In this document: positions 1 to 8,505 of the stretch, piece by piece
Numbering within the stretch: position 1 is the first letter of the stretch
Layout: each line of letters begins with the position of its first letter
NCBI GenBank assembly: GCA_038727515.1
Contig: JAVYVS010000008.1
Coordinates: 1-14,047 of the forward strand
Direction of reading: 5' to 3'
Origin: Candidatus Methanomethylicia archaeon
GTDB lineage: Archaea > Thermoproteota > Methanomethylicia > Culexarchaeales > Culexarchaeaceae
DNA: 14,047 nt
Made by a program: the position numbers and the translations under genes
Notes under the pieces: model-generated
Seen by the model: the letters and a program-made list of their open reading frames with translations, nothing else
What the model was told of the DNA's origin: nothing
Databases searched by the model: none

Positions 1-1
1 T

Positions 2-862
2 TATGTTTCAGGTTTTAATATGCCATTTATAATTGAACGTAGAGAGGAAGTTGAAGAATCTAGTTGTCAAATTTGGTTTGATGGTAATATAGATCATTTA
101 AGCTATTTACGTTATCCAGAGGTTAGAGATTATAAAAGAGCCTTCGAAGATGATAAAGGACCTAACACTGGCGGTATGGGTTGCTATATGGATTCAAATT
201 TTAAACTCCCATTTATGTTTGATGAAGATTTTGAAGCTGGATATGATTTAGCTCGTAGGACTATTAAGAATGTAGAGAGATGGGCTGAAGAAAATGATTT
301 TGATACTTCTGGTATGAAGCCTTGTATGTATTATTTAGCTATGGCTCATCCCCATAGGGTTTTTGAGGGTAATGTGGGTAGACCTGGAGATCCTGAAGAT
401 ATTCCACCATTATTATCAATGAAGAATGATCTCATTGAATTCTATTTACATTTATGTGAAGGTAATCCTGAAAGACTTGAATTTGATTTAAAGGCTATTG
501 TATTGGTTTATGTTGTTCCACCAAATTATGGTGGTAAATCTAGTGTAACTCAAAGTATAATTTTAGATTTACCTGAACTCTTTAATACAAGTATTTGCGG
601 TGATAAACTTATGATTCCAGGGGATGTGGAAGTTAGAATGGATGGACGTATTTATGTTAGAAGTTCTAGGAGTGTTGCTGCTATTGGTATTGGTAGAAAT
701 TTAGATGAAGCTGCTTTAAAAGCTCATGAACTTGCACTTTATATTGAGGATAAATCTATTCCTAAAGGATTTTTATGGCATAGGAGTGATATTGGTTTAA
801 AGAGTCATGTGGAGAAGAGTATTGAGCATAGGAGAGATTTGAAGAGGAGGTTTGGATTTTAA
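2..862 (+). CDS. purD: Phosphoribosylamine-glycine ligase (GAR synthetase)-like protein, C-terminal part; 5' end lies outside the window
   Basis: The frame is open from base 2 (YVSGFN-MPFIIE...), so ATG20 is probably internal. It carries the PurD signatures RDYKRAFEDDKGPNTGGMG and E-x-N-x-x-R-PGDPE, plus C-domain motifs PPNYGG, SSRSVA and HRSDIG. The sequence is divergent from canonical PurD. Confidence 0.85.
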   Translation, partial: YVSGFNMPFIIERREEVEESSCQIWFDGNIDHLSYLRYPEVRDYKRAFEDDKGPNTGGMGCYMDSNFKLPFMFDEDFEAGYDLARRTIKNVERWAEENDFDTSGMKPCMYYLAMAHPHRVFEGNVGRPGDPEDIPPLLSMKNDLIEFYLHLCEGNPERLEFDLKAIVLVYVVPPNYGGKSSVTQSIILDLPELFNTSICGDKLMIPGDVEVRMDGRIYVRSSRSVAAIGIGRNLDEAALKAHELALYIEDKSIPKGFLWHRSDIGLKSHVEKSIEHRRDLKRRFGF

Positions 863-1740
863 TGATTAGAAAGATAATTCCCTTAGGATTTGATAGTTTT
901 GGAGTTAGATCTATGGCTACATTTATTGAAACTGATGATGTTAAACTTATTATTGACCCGGGAGTTTCACTTGCACCTTTAAGGTATGGTTTAGAACCTC
1001 ATCCAATTGAACTTCAACGTATGGATGAAGTTTGGAATGATATTGAAAAATATTCTTTTGAATCCGATATCCTAATAGTTACCCACTATCATTATGATCA
1101 TCATGAACCCGATAAACCTGAAATATATAATGGTAAAATTGTAATAATTAAGAATCCACAGGAAAACATAAATTTTAGTCAAAGAAAACGTGCAGCATAC
1201 TTTCTTGAGAAGATTAAGGGGCTTCCAAAGAAGATCTTGATAGCTGAAGGTAATAGTTTTAGATTTGGAGATACCATATTAGCTTTTTCTAATGCTGTTT
1301 TCCATGGAACTAATTCTAAACTTGGGTTTGTAGTTGAAGTTTCAGTTAAATCTGGTGGTGAAGTTTTCTTATATACTTCTGATGTGGAGGGTCCTTCTAT
1401 TGAAGATCAAGTTAAATTTGTTTTGGAAGAGAAGCCCAATATACTTTTTGTTGATGGACCAATGACTTATATGTTGGGGTATAGGTATTCTAAGATGAGT
1501 TTGAATTTATCTATTGAAAATCTGATTAGGATTTTAAGTTTAAATTGTGTTGAAACCGTGGTTTTAGATCACCATCTACTTAGAGATCTAAATTTTAGGG
1601 AACATATTTCTAGAGTTTATGAGGTTGCAAAAGATTTTAATTGTAGTATTATTACTGCAGCTGAATTTTGTGGTAGGGATATTGAGATGCTTGAAGCTCA
1701 TAGGAGAGATCTATATGAGAAGTATGGTGGTTGGAATTAA
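862..1740 (+). CDS. UPF0282-type (COG2248-like) metallo-beta-lactamase-fold hydrolase
   Basis: N-terminal DSFGVRSMATF, DPGVSLAPLRYGLEPHP, MBL metal motif THYHYDHH, FHG, TSDVEGP, DHHLLRD and C-terminal LEAHRRDLY. The ATG overlaps the purD stop (TAATG). Confidence 0.88.
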   Translation: MIRKIIPLGFDSFGVRSMATFIETDDVKLIIDPGVSLAPLRYGLEPHPIELQRMDEVWNDIEKYSFESDILIVTHYHYDHHEPDKPEIYNGKIVIIKNPQENINFSQRKRAAYFLEKIKGLPKKILIAEGNSFRFGDTILAFSNAVFHGTNSKLGFVVEVSVKSGGEVFLYTSDVEGPSIEDQVKFVLEEKPNILFVDGPMTYMLGYRYSKMSLNLSIENLIRILSLNCVETVVLDHHLLRDLNFREHISRVYEVAKDFNCSIITAAEFCGRDIEMLEAHRRDLYEKYGGWN

Positions 1741-1772
1741 ATGGAGATTTATGGTTATTGGTGTATACATTT

Positions 1773-3458
1773 ATGCCCACGGAGTTTAAGGTTTTAGCTG
1801 AATTATGTGAGAAATTGGAGTCTATGAGTAGGAAGAGTTTAATGGTTAATGAAGTTGCAGCTTTCCTTAAAACTTTAGATGATGATGAAATTTCACCTGC
1901 AATATCAATGATTCTTGGAAGAGCTTTCCCACTTAGTAGTGGATTTGATCTTAATGTTAGTTGGGCTACAATTGTCAAAGTATTGAAGGGTATTGTTCAT
2001 GGTGATTGGAAGATTTTTGAAGATGCATTTAAAAGTACTGGTGATATTGGTTCTGCAGTTAAGATTTTTGTTGAACAGAGTAGGGTGGGTAGACAGGCTA
2101 CTCTCACCCCTAAAAATCTAACTATAATTGAAGTTAAAAGATTCTTTGAAAGTATCGCAAAGGCTTCAGGCCCAGGTTCTGCAACACATAGATCTAGAAT
2201 CCTCCAAACATTTCTAAGTCTCCTAAATCCAATTGAATTGAAGTATATTATTCGAATTTTAATTGGGGAAATGAGAACCGGATTTAGTGAAGGTTTAATG
2301 AAGGAAGCCATTTCAGAAGCTTTTAGAATTCCCATTGAAGTTTTAGATAAAGCTTTACTTATGGTTGGAGATATAGAGATTTTAGCTGAAACAGCTAAGA
2401 AGTTTGGTTTAGAAGGTGTTTTAAAACTTAATTTTGAAGTTTTTAGACCTGTTAAACCTATGCTTGCACAGGATTCAGGTGGTTTAATTGAAGTTTTCAA
2501 GGATATTCGTGGAGAATTAGCTTTAGAATATAAGTTGGATGGAGCTAGAGTTCAAATACATAAATCTAAAGATTTAGTTAAAATTTATAGTAGACGTTTA
2601 ACTGATGTTACTGATAGCCTCCCAGAAATTGTAAATATGATTTTAGATAATTTAAAGGTTGATGAAGCTATATTGGAAGGTGAAGTTATAGCTGTTGATG
2701 TTGATGGTAAACCTCTCCCATTCCAATATTTAATGAAGAGATTTAAACGTAAACATGATATTAGAGAAACCTCTAAACTCTTTAACCTTAAGTTATACTT
2801 GTTTGATGTTATATATGTTAATGGATTATCACTTATAGATAAACCCTATATTGAACGTAGAAGTATTCTAGCCAATATATCTGGTGGAATACCTTTAGTT
2901 AAACAGATTATAACAAATGATTATAAGAGAGCTGAAGAATTTTTAAAGGAATCTTTAGATGAAGGTCATGAAGGTTTAATGATTAAAGATTTAAATAGCC
3001 CATATATTCCCGGTTCTAGAGGTAAATATTGGCTTAAAGTTAAACCCACTTTAGAACCTTTAGATTTGGTTATTGTTGCAGCTGAGTATGGTTATGGTCG
3101 AAGGCGTAAGTGGCTTTCAGATTATTATCTTGCAGCTAGAGATCCAGAATCAAATAAGTTTTATGTTGTTGGAAAGACCTTTAAAGGTTTAACTGATGAT
3201 GAATTAGAGGAAATGACTAAAAGGCTTAAGGAACTTATAATTAGTGAAGAAGGTAGGAGGGTTTATGTAATTCCAAAGATTGTTGTAGAAGTTTTATATA
3301 ATGAGATTCAGAAGAGCCCTAAATATGAATGTGGGATGGCTCTTAGATTTGCAAGGATTAATAGGATTGTCTATGATAAAAATCCAGAGGATATTGATAC
3401 TATACAACGTGTTAGGGAAATTTATGAAAGACAATTTTTAAAGAAGAGGAAGGTTTAA
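1773..3458 (+). CDS. lig: ATP-dependent DNA ligase (archaeal replicative type)
   Basis: Motif I EYKLDGAR (adenylated Lys), PMLA, LEGE, LFDVIY, EGLMIK, WLKVK and OB-fold ALRFARI, with an N-terminal DNA-binding domain. Start placed at ATG1773 (MPTEF, GGTG upstream) rather than TTG1731, which overlaps the previous gene. Confidence 0.96.
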   Translation: MPTEFKVLAELCEKLESMSRKSLMVNEVAAFLKTLDDDEISPAISMILGRAFPLSSGFDLNVSWATIVKVLKGIVHGDWKIFEDAFKSTGDIGSAVKIFVEQSRVGRQATLTPKNLTIIEVKRFFESIAKASGPGSATHRSRILQTFLSLLNPIELKYIIRILIGEMRTGFSEGLMKEAISEAFRIPIEVLDKALLMVGDIEILAETAKKFGLEGVLKLNFEVFRPVKPMLAQDSGGLIEVFKDIRGELALEYKLDGARVQIHKSKDLVKIYSRRLTDVTDSLPEIVNMILDNLKVDEAILEGEVIAVDVDGKPLPFQYLMKRFKRKHDIRETSKLFNLKLYLFDVIYVNGLSLIDKPYIERRSILANISGGIPLVKQIITNDYKRAEEFLKESLDEGHEGLMIKDLNSPYIPGSRGKYWLKVKPTLEPLDLVIVAAEYGYGRRRKWLSDYYLAARDPESNKFYVVGKTFKGLTDDELEEMTKRLKELIISEEGRRVYVIPKIVVEVLYNEIQKSPKYECGMALRFARINRIVYDKNPEDIDTIQRVREIYERQFLKKRKV

Positions 3459-3464
3459 TTCACA

Positions 3465-3486
3465 TTTAGTTTTTAACTTGTTTTTA
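3465..3486 (+). terminator. Putative archaeal oligo-T terminator after lig
   Basis: T-tracts (tttagtttttaacttgttttt) directly after the lig stop codon. Confidence 0.45.
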
Positions 3487-3490
3487 CTCA

Positions 3491-3505
3491 AAAAAGGTTT
3501 TATAT
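3491..3505 (+). promoter_or_regulatory. BRE + TATA box for the nucleotide-sugar dehydrogenase gene
   Basis: Purine-rich AAAAAGG directly followed by TTTTATAT, 25-35 nt upstream of the candidate starts TTG3531 and ATG3540. Confidence 0.65.
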
Positions 3506-3539
3506 TATATTTAATTATTAACATATTTGGTTGTATCCT

Positions 3540-4916
3540 ATGCTTTTTGGGTTGACTAATGATGAAATTGCTAGTAAGCTTAATAGAGGTGAAGTTAATA
3601 TCGCCATTTACGGTTTAGGTAGAGTTGGTTTACCTCTTGCAGCTGCTTGGCTTAGAGCTGGTCAAAGGGTTATTGGAGTTGATGTAAATAAGAATGTTGT
3701 TGATATGATAAATATGGGTTTATCCCCCATTAAAGATGAACCTTTAATTCCTGAAGTTATAAGGGAATTTGTAGAAGCTGGAAGGTTTAAAGCTACTACA
3801 GATCTAGTTGAAGCTTCAAGGATCTGTGAAGTTAAATTCATTGCTGTTCCAACGGGTATTGTTAATGGTAGATTTGATAGTAGATTTTTAGAAGATGCTT
3901 TAAGAGGTATTGGTAAAGGTTTGAAGAAGGGTGATGGTGTATGTATAGAATGTACTGTTCCTCCTACTACAACAGAGGTTTTCGCTAAAGGTATACTTGA
4001 AGATGAAAGTGGTTTGAAGGCTGAAGAAGATTTTGCCTTAGCCTTTAGTCCTGAAAGGATATATGAAGGTAGAGCTTTAGAGGATTTAGAAGTTAGATAT
4101 CCTAAGATTGTTGGTGGTATAGGTCCTAAAAGTACGGAATTTTTTGCTTCACTATATGGTAGGATTGCTAAGAAAGGTGTTATAATGATGAGTAGTGCTA
4201 GAGCTGCTGAATTATCTAAGATTTTTGAGGGTGTTTATAGGGATGTTAATATTGCATTGGCAAATGAATTAGCTAGTCTATGTAGTCTTTATAATGTAGA
4301 CTTCTTTGAAATTAGATCTGCATCTAATAGTCAACCTTTCTGCCATTTACATAAACCGGGTGTTGGTGTTGGTGGACCATGTATACCAGTATACCCATAT
4401 TTTCTAATTGAATGTGCTTCTAAATTTAATTTAAATTTAGATTTAATAAAATTGGCTAGGAGTATAAATGAAGCTATGCCTAAAAATACTGTTTCTCTAA
4501 TAATTGATTTTCTAATGGGAAGGGTTGATGATTTTTCAAAGATTAAAGTGGCTATTCTTGGTTTAGCTTTTAGAGGGAATATAGCTGATTCTAGAGGTAG
4601 TCCAACATATGATTTAGTTAGACTATTATTATCTTTTGGAGTTAAAATTGTTGTTCATGATCCATTTATATCCATGGATAACACTTTAAATTCTCTTGGA
4701 GTTCATTTAACAAATTCTATTGAAGAAGCTGTTAGAAATGCAAATGTGGTTCTTATAGCTACTGATCACGATTTCTATTTAGGTTTAGATTGGATTTATC
4801 TTTCGAATCTTATGGTTGAACCAAAGCTCTTATTTGATGGTAGAGGCATTATTGATCTATCAAATATACCTAAAAATTTGAATTTTATGGGTATTGGTCG
4901 TCCAAATAAATTTTAG
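3540..4916 (+). CDS. Nucleotide-sugar dehydrogenase (UDP-glucose/GDP-mannose DH family, WecC/UDP-ManNAc DH-like)
   Basis: Rossmann GLGRVG, AVPT, ECTVPP, FSPERIYEG, K-x-x-E-G-VYRDVNIALANE, catalytic Cys in GVGGPC, GLAFRGNIADSRGSP, HDP, ATDH and FDGR. The start is ATG3540 or TTG3531; the exact substrate cannot be determined. Confidence 0.9.
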   Translation: MLFGLTNDEIASKLNRGEVNIAIYGLGRVGLPLAAAWLRAGQRVIGVDVNKNVVDMINMGLSPIKDEPLIPEVIREFVEAGRFKATTDLVEASRICEVKFIAVPTGIVNGRFDSRFLEDALRGIGKGLKKGDGVCIECTVPPTTTEVFAKGILEDESGLKAEEDFALAFSPERIYEGRALEDLEVRYPKIVGGIGPKSTEFFASLYGRIAKKGVIMMSSARAAELSKIFEGVYRDVNIALANELASLCSLYNVDFFEIRSASNSQPFCHLHKPGVGVGGPCIPVYPYFLIECASKFNLNLDLIKLARSINEAMPKNTVSLIIDFLMGRVDDFSKIKVAILGLAFRGNIADSRGSPTYDLVRLLLSFGVKIVVHDPFISMDNTLNSLGVHLTNSIEEAVRNANVVLIATDHDFYLGLDWIYLSNLMVEPKLLFDGRGIIDLSNIPKNLNFMGIGRPNKF

Positions 4917-4917
4917 A

Positions 4918-6714
4918 TTAACTTTTTTCTATTGGTGTATGTTCCATTATGAATTTTATAATTTCAAATTGTGTATTCACTCTATTAATTATCTTTGCTA
5001 TTCCATGACCTTCATCAACAATCCTAATATATTTGACTTCTCTACCCATCTTCTTCATGGCTTCTATCAATTGTTCTGCTTCACTTATTGGAACTCTTGG
5101 ATCATTTGCTCCATGTATAACCATTAATGGAGCTTTAATTTTCTCAATATGGCTTATTGGGCTTAATTTAATCATTATATCATACATTTTATCTGGATCT
5201 CCATATTCATTTATTCTATACTTCCTCCTCCATGGTCCAGTATTCCTTATAAACGTTACAAGATTTACTATTCCAACTCTTTCCACTCCACAGCTCCAGT
5301 AATCTGGGAATAATGCCATACTCATTAATGTAGCATATCCACCATATGATGCTCCTGTAACTGCTACCCTACCTTTCTCTAAGAGTCCTTCTTTCTCAGC
5401 CCAATCTACAAGTGCACCTATATCTTTTAATGAATCTAATCTTTTCTCTCGATCATCTAGATGTATGAAGCTTTTACCATATCCACTTGAACCTCTAAAG
5501 TTTGGTGAGAGAACTATGTATCCAAGTCTTACAAGTATTTGTGGTAGGAATTGAAATGTTGGTCTATCTTGCCCTTCAGGTCCTCCATGTATTGTTACTA
5601 CTGCTGGATATGGTGGTTTCCCATTTTTCGGTCTATATATTAATGCTGGTATCATCATTCCATCCCAACTCTCATATCTAATGACTTCTGGTTTTACATT
5701 TTTATTCATATCAATATCGAATTTTGGTGAATTTGTCATTTGTGTTTGTCCAGTACCTTCATGCCAAATCCATATTTCATTTCCAATCTTTGGATTTGAA
5801 ATTGAGTATGCTAATCCCATCATACCCCAAGATAATTCATTTATAACTCCAGAGGGTGTTTTCATTTCCCTTATATATGTGAAATCTATTTTTGCTATGT
5901 ATAGCTTTGAATATCCATCAACATTTTCTACATATGCTACTTTATCCTTATTTGGTGATAATTCTATTAATTCTACATCTCTATTTGTTTGATATATGAA
6001 TTTCCAATCATTTTTACCGAGATCATATATTGCAATACCCATATACTCTGAATCATTATTTGTTAGAAATAGAAATCTTTCTTCATCTAAGACTTTTGGA
6101 CTTATATTTCTAGCTTCCCCTTCATGTTTAGTTAAATTCTTCAATTTACCACTTTTAATATTTAATAGGTATATATCACTATCAAGATTTGTATTGTTAT
6201 GTATTATTAACATGTTTTCATCATTAATCCATTCAGCAATATTATTTGTTCCTTCCATTTCAATTATTGGCCCTATCACCTCCCCTTTAATATTATAGAT
6301 GTATACATCGAAGTCTACTCCATTTCTTCTATTTGATGTAAATCCAAGTTTTGTACCATCTATACTCCATGCTCCAACATTATTTATATATGTGTAATCT
6401 CCTGCTACGTGAATTAGGTTTTTCTGATTTAAATCGTATATTGATATTCTCCATCTCTCATTTCCATCTAAATCATTTCCAAAGGCTATAAGTCCATTTT
6501 CACTTATGGATATTTCTCCTACTCTTTGCTCCAATGGTATTAATGGTTCATTTCTATATGCTTCCTTCATCCATGGTATTGGGACTCCAGTAATATCACT
6601 TAAATAGATAATTCTATATGATCTTTTGAAGGCTCTTGGGATTGTGGCAGATCTAATACTTAAGAATTTCTTTATTTCAAGCCATATTGGGTTGTATTCA
6701 TATTCTAAAGGCAT
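4918..6714 (-). CDS. S9 family serine peptidase (acylaminoacyl-peptidase/prolyl oligopeptidase-like)
   Basis: N-terminal beta-propeller-like repeats (FTSNRRNGVDFDVY), then IHGGPEGQ, PNFRGSSGYG, nucleophile GASYGG, Asp in HGANDPRVP and His in DEGHG. ATG6714 is preferred over TTG6723. No signal peptide seen. Confidence 0.93.
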   Translation of the reverse strand: MPLEYEYNPIWLEIKKFLSIRSATIPRAFKRSYRIIYLSDITGVPIPWMKEAYRNEPLIPLEQRVGEISISENGLIAFGNDLDGNERWRISIYDLNQKNLIHVAGDYTYINNVGAWSIDGTKLGFTSNRRNGVDFDVYIYNIKGEVIGPIIEMEGTNNIAEWINDENMLIIHNNTNLDSDIYLLNIKSGKLKNLTKHEGEARNISPKVLDEERFLFLTNNDSEYMGIAIYDLGKNDWKFIYQTNRDVELIELSPNKDKVAYVENVDGYSKLYIAKIDFTYIREMKTPSGVINELSWGMMGLAYSISNPKIGNEIWIWHEGTGQTQMTNSPKFDIDMNKNVKPEVIRYESWDGMMIPALIYRPKNGKPPYPAVVTIHGGPEGQDRPTFQFLPQILVRLGYIVLSPNFRGSSGYGKSFIHLDDREKRLDSLKDIGALVDWAEKEGLLEKGRVAVTGASYGGYATLMSMALFPDYWSCGVERVGIVNLVTFIRNTGPWRRKYRINEYGDPDKMYDIMIKLSPISHIEKIKAPLMVIHGANDPRVPISEAEQLIEAMKKMGREVKYIRIVDEGHGIAKIINRVNTQFEIIKFIMEHTPIEKS

Positions 6715-6800
6715 ATTAATCAAGTATATTTCTGTTGCTTTAACCTTTAATGGTATCGTTTAAATATCTTCTATGGAAAATTTTCATTGGTGATTTACTA
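6715..6800. promoter_or_regulatory. Divergent promoter region shared by the S9 and CocE/NonD genes
   Basis: 86-bp intergenic region with plus-strand TATA-like TTTAAATA (6759-6766), SD-like GGTGA (6789-6793) before TTG6801, and an AT-rich TTAAA box on the minus strand upstream of ATG6714. Confidence 0.5.
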
Positions 6801-8498
6801 TTGTCTTTTGAAGTCTATTTTGATGTTAAAGTTCCAATGAGGGATGGTGTTAAACTTTCCACTGATATATACCTTCCACGTAGAGGTGGGAAGTATCCAA
6901 CAATATTGATTAGAACTCCATATAATAAGGCTCTTCAAAGTGAAATTAAGCATGGAACTAGAGATGTAGAATTCTTTGTTAAACATGGTTATGCAGTAGT
7001 TATGCAGGATGTTAGGGGTAGAGGGGATTCTGATGGTGATTGGCATCCCTTTATAAATGAGGGTTTTGATGGTTATGATACTATAAAGTGGATTGGAGAA
7101 CAAGATTGGTGTGATGGAAATATTGCTATGATGGGTGGCTCATATAGGGGTTGGGTTCAATGGTGTGCTGCTAGGCTTAATCCTCCCAATCTTGTAACTA
7201 TGATTAGTACTGCAGCTGCTGGTAGATGGTTTAGAGAACTTCCATACTATAATGGTTTAGTCACTTTAGGAATGATTGAATGGCTTAATTATGTTGGTGG
7301 TAGAGTTGTTCAAAACCCTGATTCTGTGGATTGGAATAGGGTTTTATGGCATTACCCAATTAAAACCATGGATGAAGTTATTGGTAGAGTTAATACTGTA
7401 TGGAGGATTTGGCTTGAACATTCAAAACTTGATGATTATTGGAAGAGTATACTGTTAACTGAAGAGGATTTTAAGAGGATAAATATGCCAGTACTTCACA
7501 TAACCGGTTGGTATGATGGTGATCAGCCTGGAGCCATATATTTCTATGAAGGTATGATCAAATATTCTCCAGCTAGAGATAGACAATATCTTGTTTCTGG
7601 ACCTTGGGATCATGCTGGAACGAGAATTCCTAGGAGGATTTTGGGTGGTGTAGATTTTGGTCCAGATGCAATTATAGATCTACTAAGATTGCATTTATGG
7701 TGGTTTGATTATTGGTTGAAGGGTGATCAGAAAGCTTTTAGGAATATTCAAGAATTCTTTGATGGCGGTAGATGTTTAACTTTTGTTATGGGTTTAAATA
7801 AATGGGTTTCCCGTGATATATGGCCTCCTAGAAATGTTCATTATGAAAATTGGTATATTGATAGTGATGGGAGAGCTAATAGTTTAAGGGGGGATGGTAG
7901 ACTTCAAAATAAAATTCCATTGATTGAAAGTTTTGATTCTTATACATATGATCCAATGGACCCAGTGATCTCTTCTGTTGATTTCAACTTCTATTCTCCC
8001 AAGGCTATTGAAACACCATTGGATTCAAGGTCTATTGAATCTAGATTTGACGTCCTAGTTTATACTAGTGAACCTCTTAAAGAACCTTTAGAGATTGCTG
8101 GTAAGCCTAGAATGGTATTGTATGCTTCAAGTGATTGTTTAGATACTGATTGGATATGTCTACTTTCAGATGTTCATCCCAATGGTAAATCAATACTCTT
8201 TAATTATGGTGGTATTAGAGCTAGATTTAGAGAATCCTTTGAGAAGGAAGTCTTCTTAAAACCTAATGAAATCTATAGATTTGAATTCGACTTCTTCTTT
8301 GATACAAACATTCTAATTGATGTTGGGCATAGAATTAGACTTTCCATAACCAGTAGCTATTTCCCAAGGTTTGATAGAAACTTTAATAGTAATGAGCCTA
8401 TTGGTGAAATGTCTAAGGTTAATATAGCTCATAACAATGTTTTTCATGGAGGAAGATTTCCCTCATCAATAATGCTACCAATTGTAAAAAATAAATAG
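6801..8498 (+). CDS. CocE/NonD family hydrolase (peptidase S15/alpha-amino-acid ester hydrolase-like)
   Basis: VPMRDGVKLSTDIYLP, RTPYNK, QDVRGRGDSDG, nucleophile GGSYRG, Asp in GWYD, His in GPWDH, and a C-terminal jelly-roll (GHRIRLSITSSYFPRFDRN). TTG6801 has GGTGA 7 nt upstream and is more plausible than ATG6750. Confidence 0.93.
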   Translation: MSFEVYFDVKVPMRDGVKLSTDIYLPRRGGKYPTILIRTPYNKALQSEIKHGTRDVEFFVKHGYAVVMQDVRGRGDSDGDWHPFINEGFDGYDTIKWIGEQDWCDGNIAMMGGSYRGWVQWCAARLNPPNLVTMISTAAAGRWFRELPYYNGLVTLGMIEWLNYVGGRVVQNPDSVDWNRVLWHYPIKTMDEVIGRVNTVWRIWLEHSKLDDYWKSILLTEEDFKRINMPVLHITGWYDGDQPGAIYFYEGMIKYSPARDRQYLVSGPWDHAGTRIPRRILGGVDFGPDAIIDLLRLHLWWFDYWLKGDQKAFRNIQEFFDGGRCLTFVMGLNKWVSRDIWPPRNVHYENWYIDSDGRANSLRGDGRLQNKIPLIESFDSYTYDPMDPVISSVDFNFYSPKAIETPLDSRSIESRFDVLVYTSEPLKEPLEIAGKPRMVLYASSDCLDTDWICLLSDVHPNGKSILFNYGGIRARFRESFEKEVFLKPNEIYRFEFDFFFDTNILIDVGHRIRLSITSSYFPRFDRNFNSNEPIGEMSKVNIAHNNVFHGGRFPSSIMLPIVKNK

Positions 8499-8505
8499 GG
8501 TTATA

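Noticed and set aside
2091-2111. RQATLTP in the ligase N-terminal domain as a PCNA-interacting motif
   Set aside because: The position is plausible, but the aromatic pair is missing and such motifs are ordinary in archaeal ligases.
1652-2500. Minus-strand ORFs 1652-1978 and 1997-2500
   Set aside because: They are antisense shadows of the UPF0282 and lig genes, Ser/Ile-rich with no motifs.
4894-7458. Short ORFs 4894-5127, 5033-5302, 5681-5992, 5996-6298, 6798-7103 and 7276-7458
   Set aside because: They lie antisense or out of frame within well-supported S9 and CocE genes and have no recognisable features.
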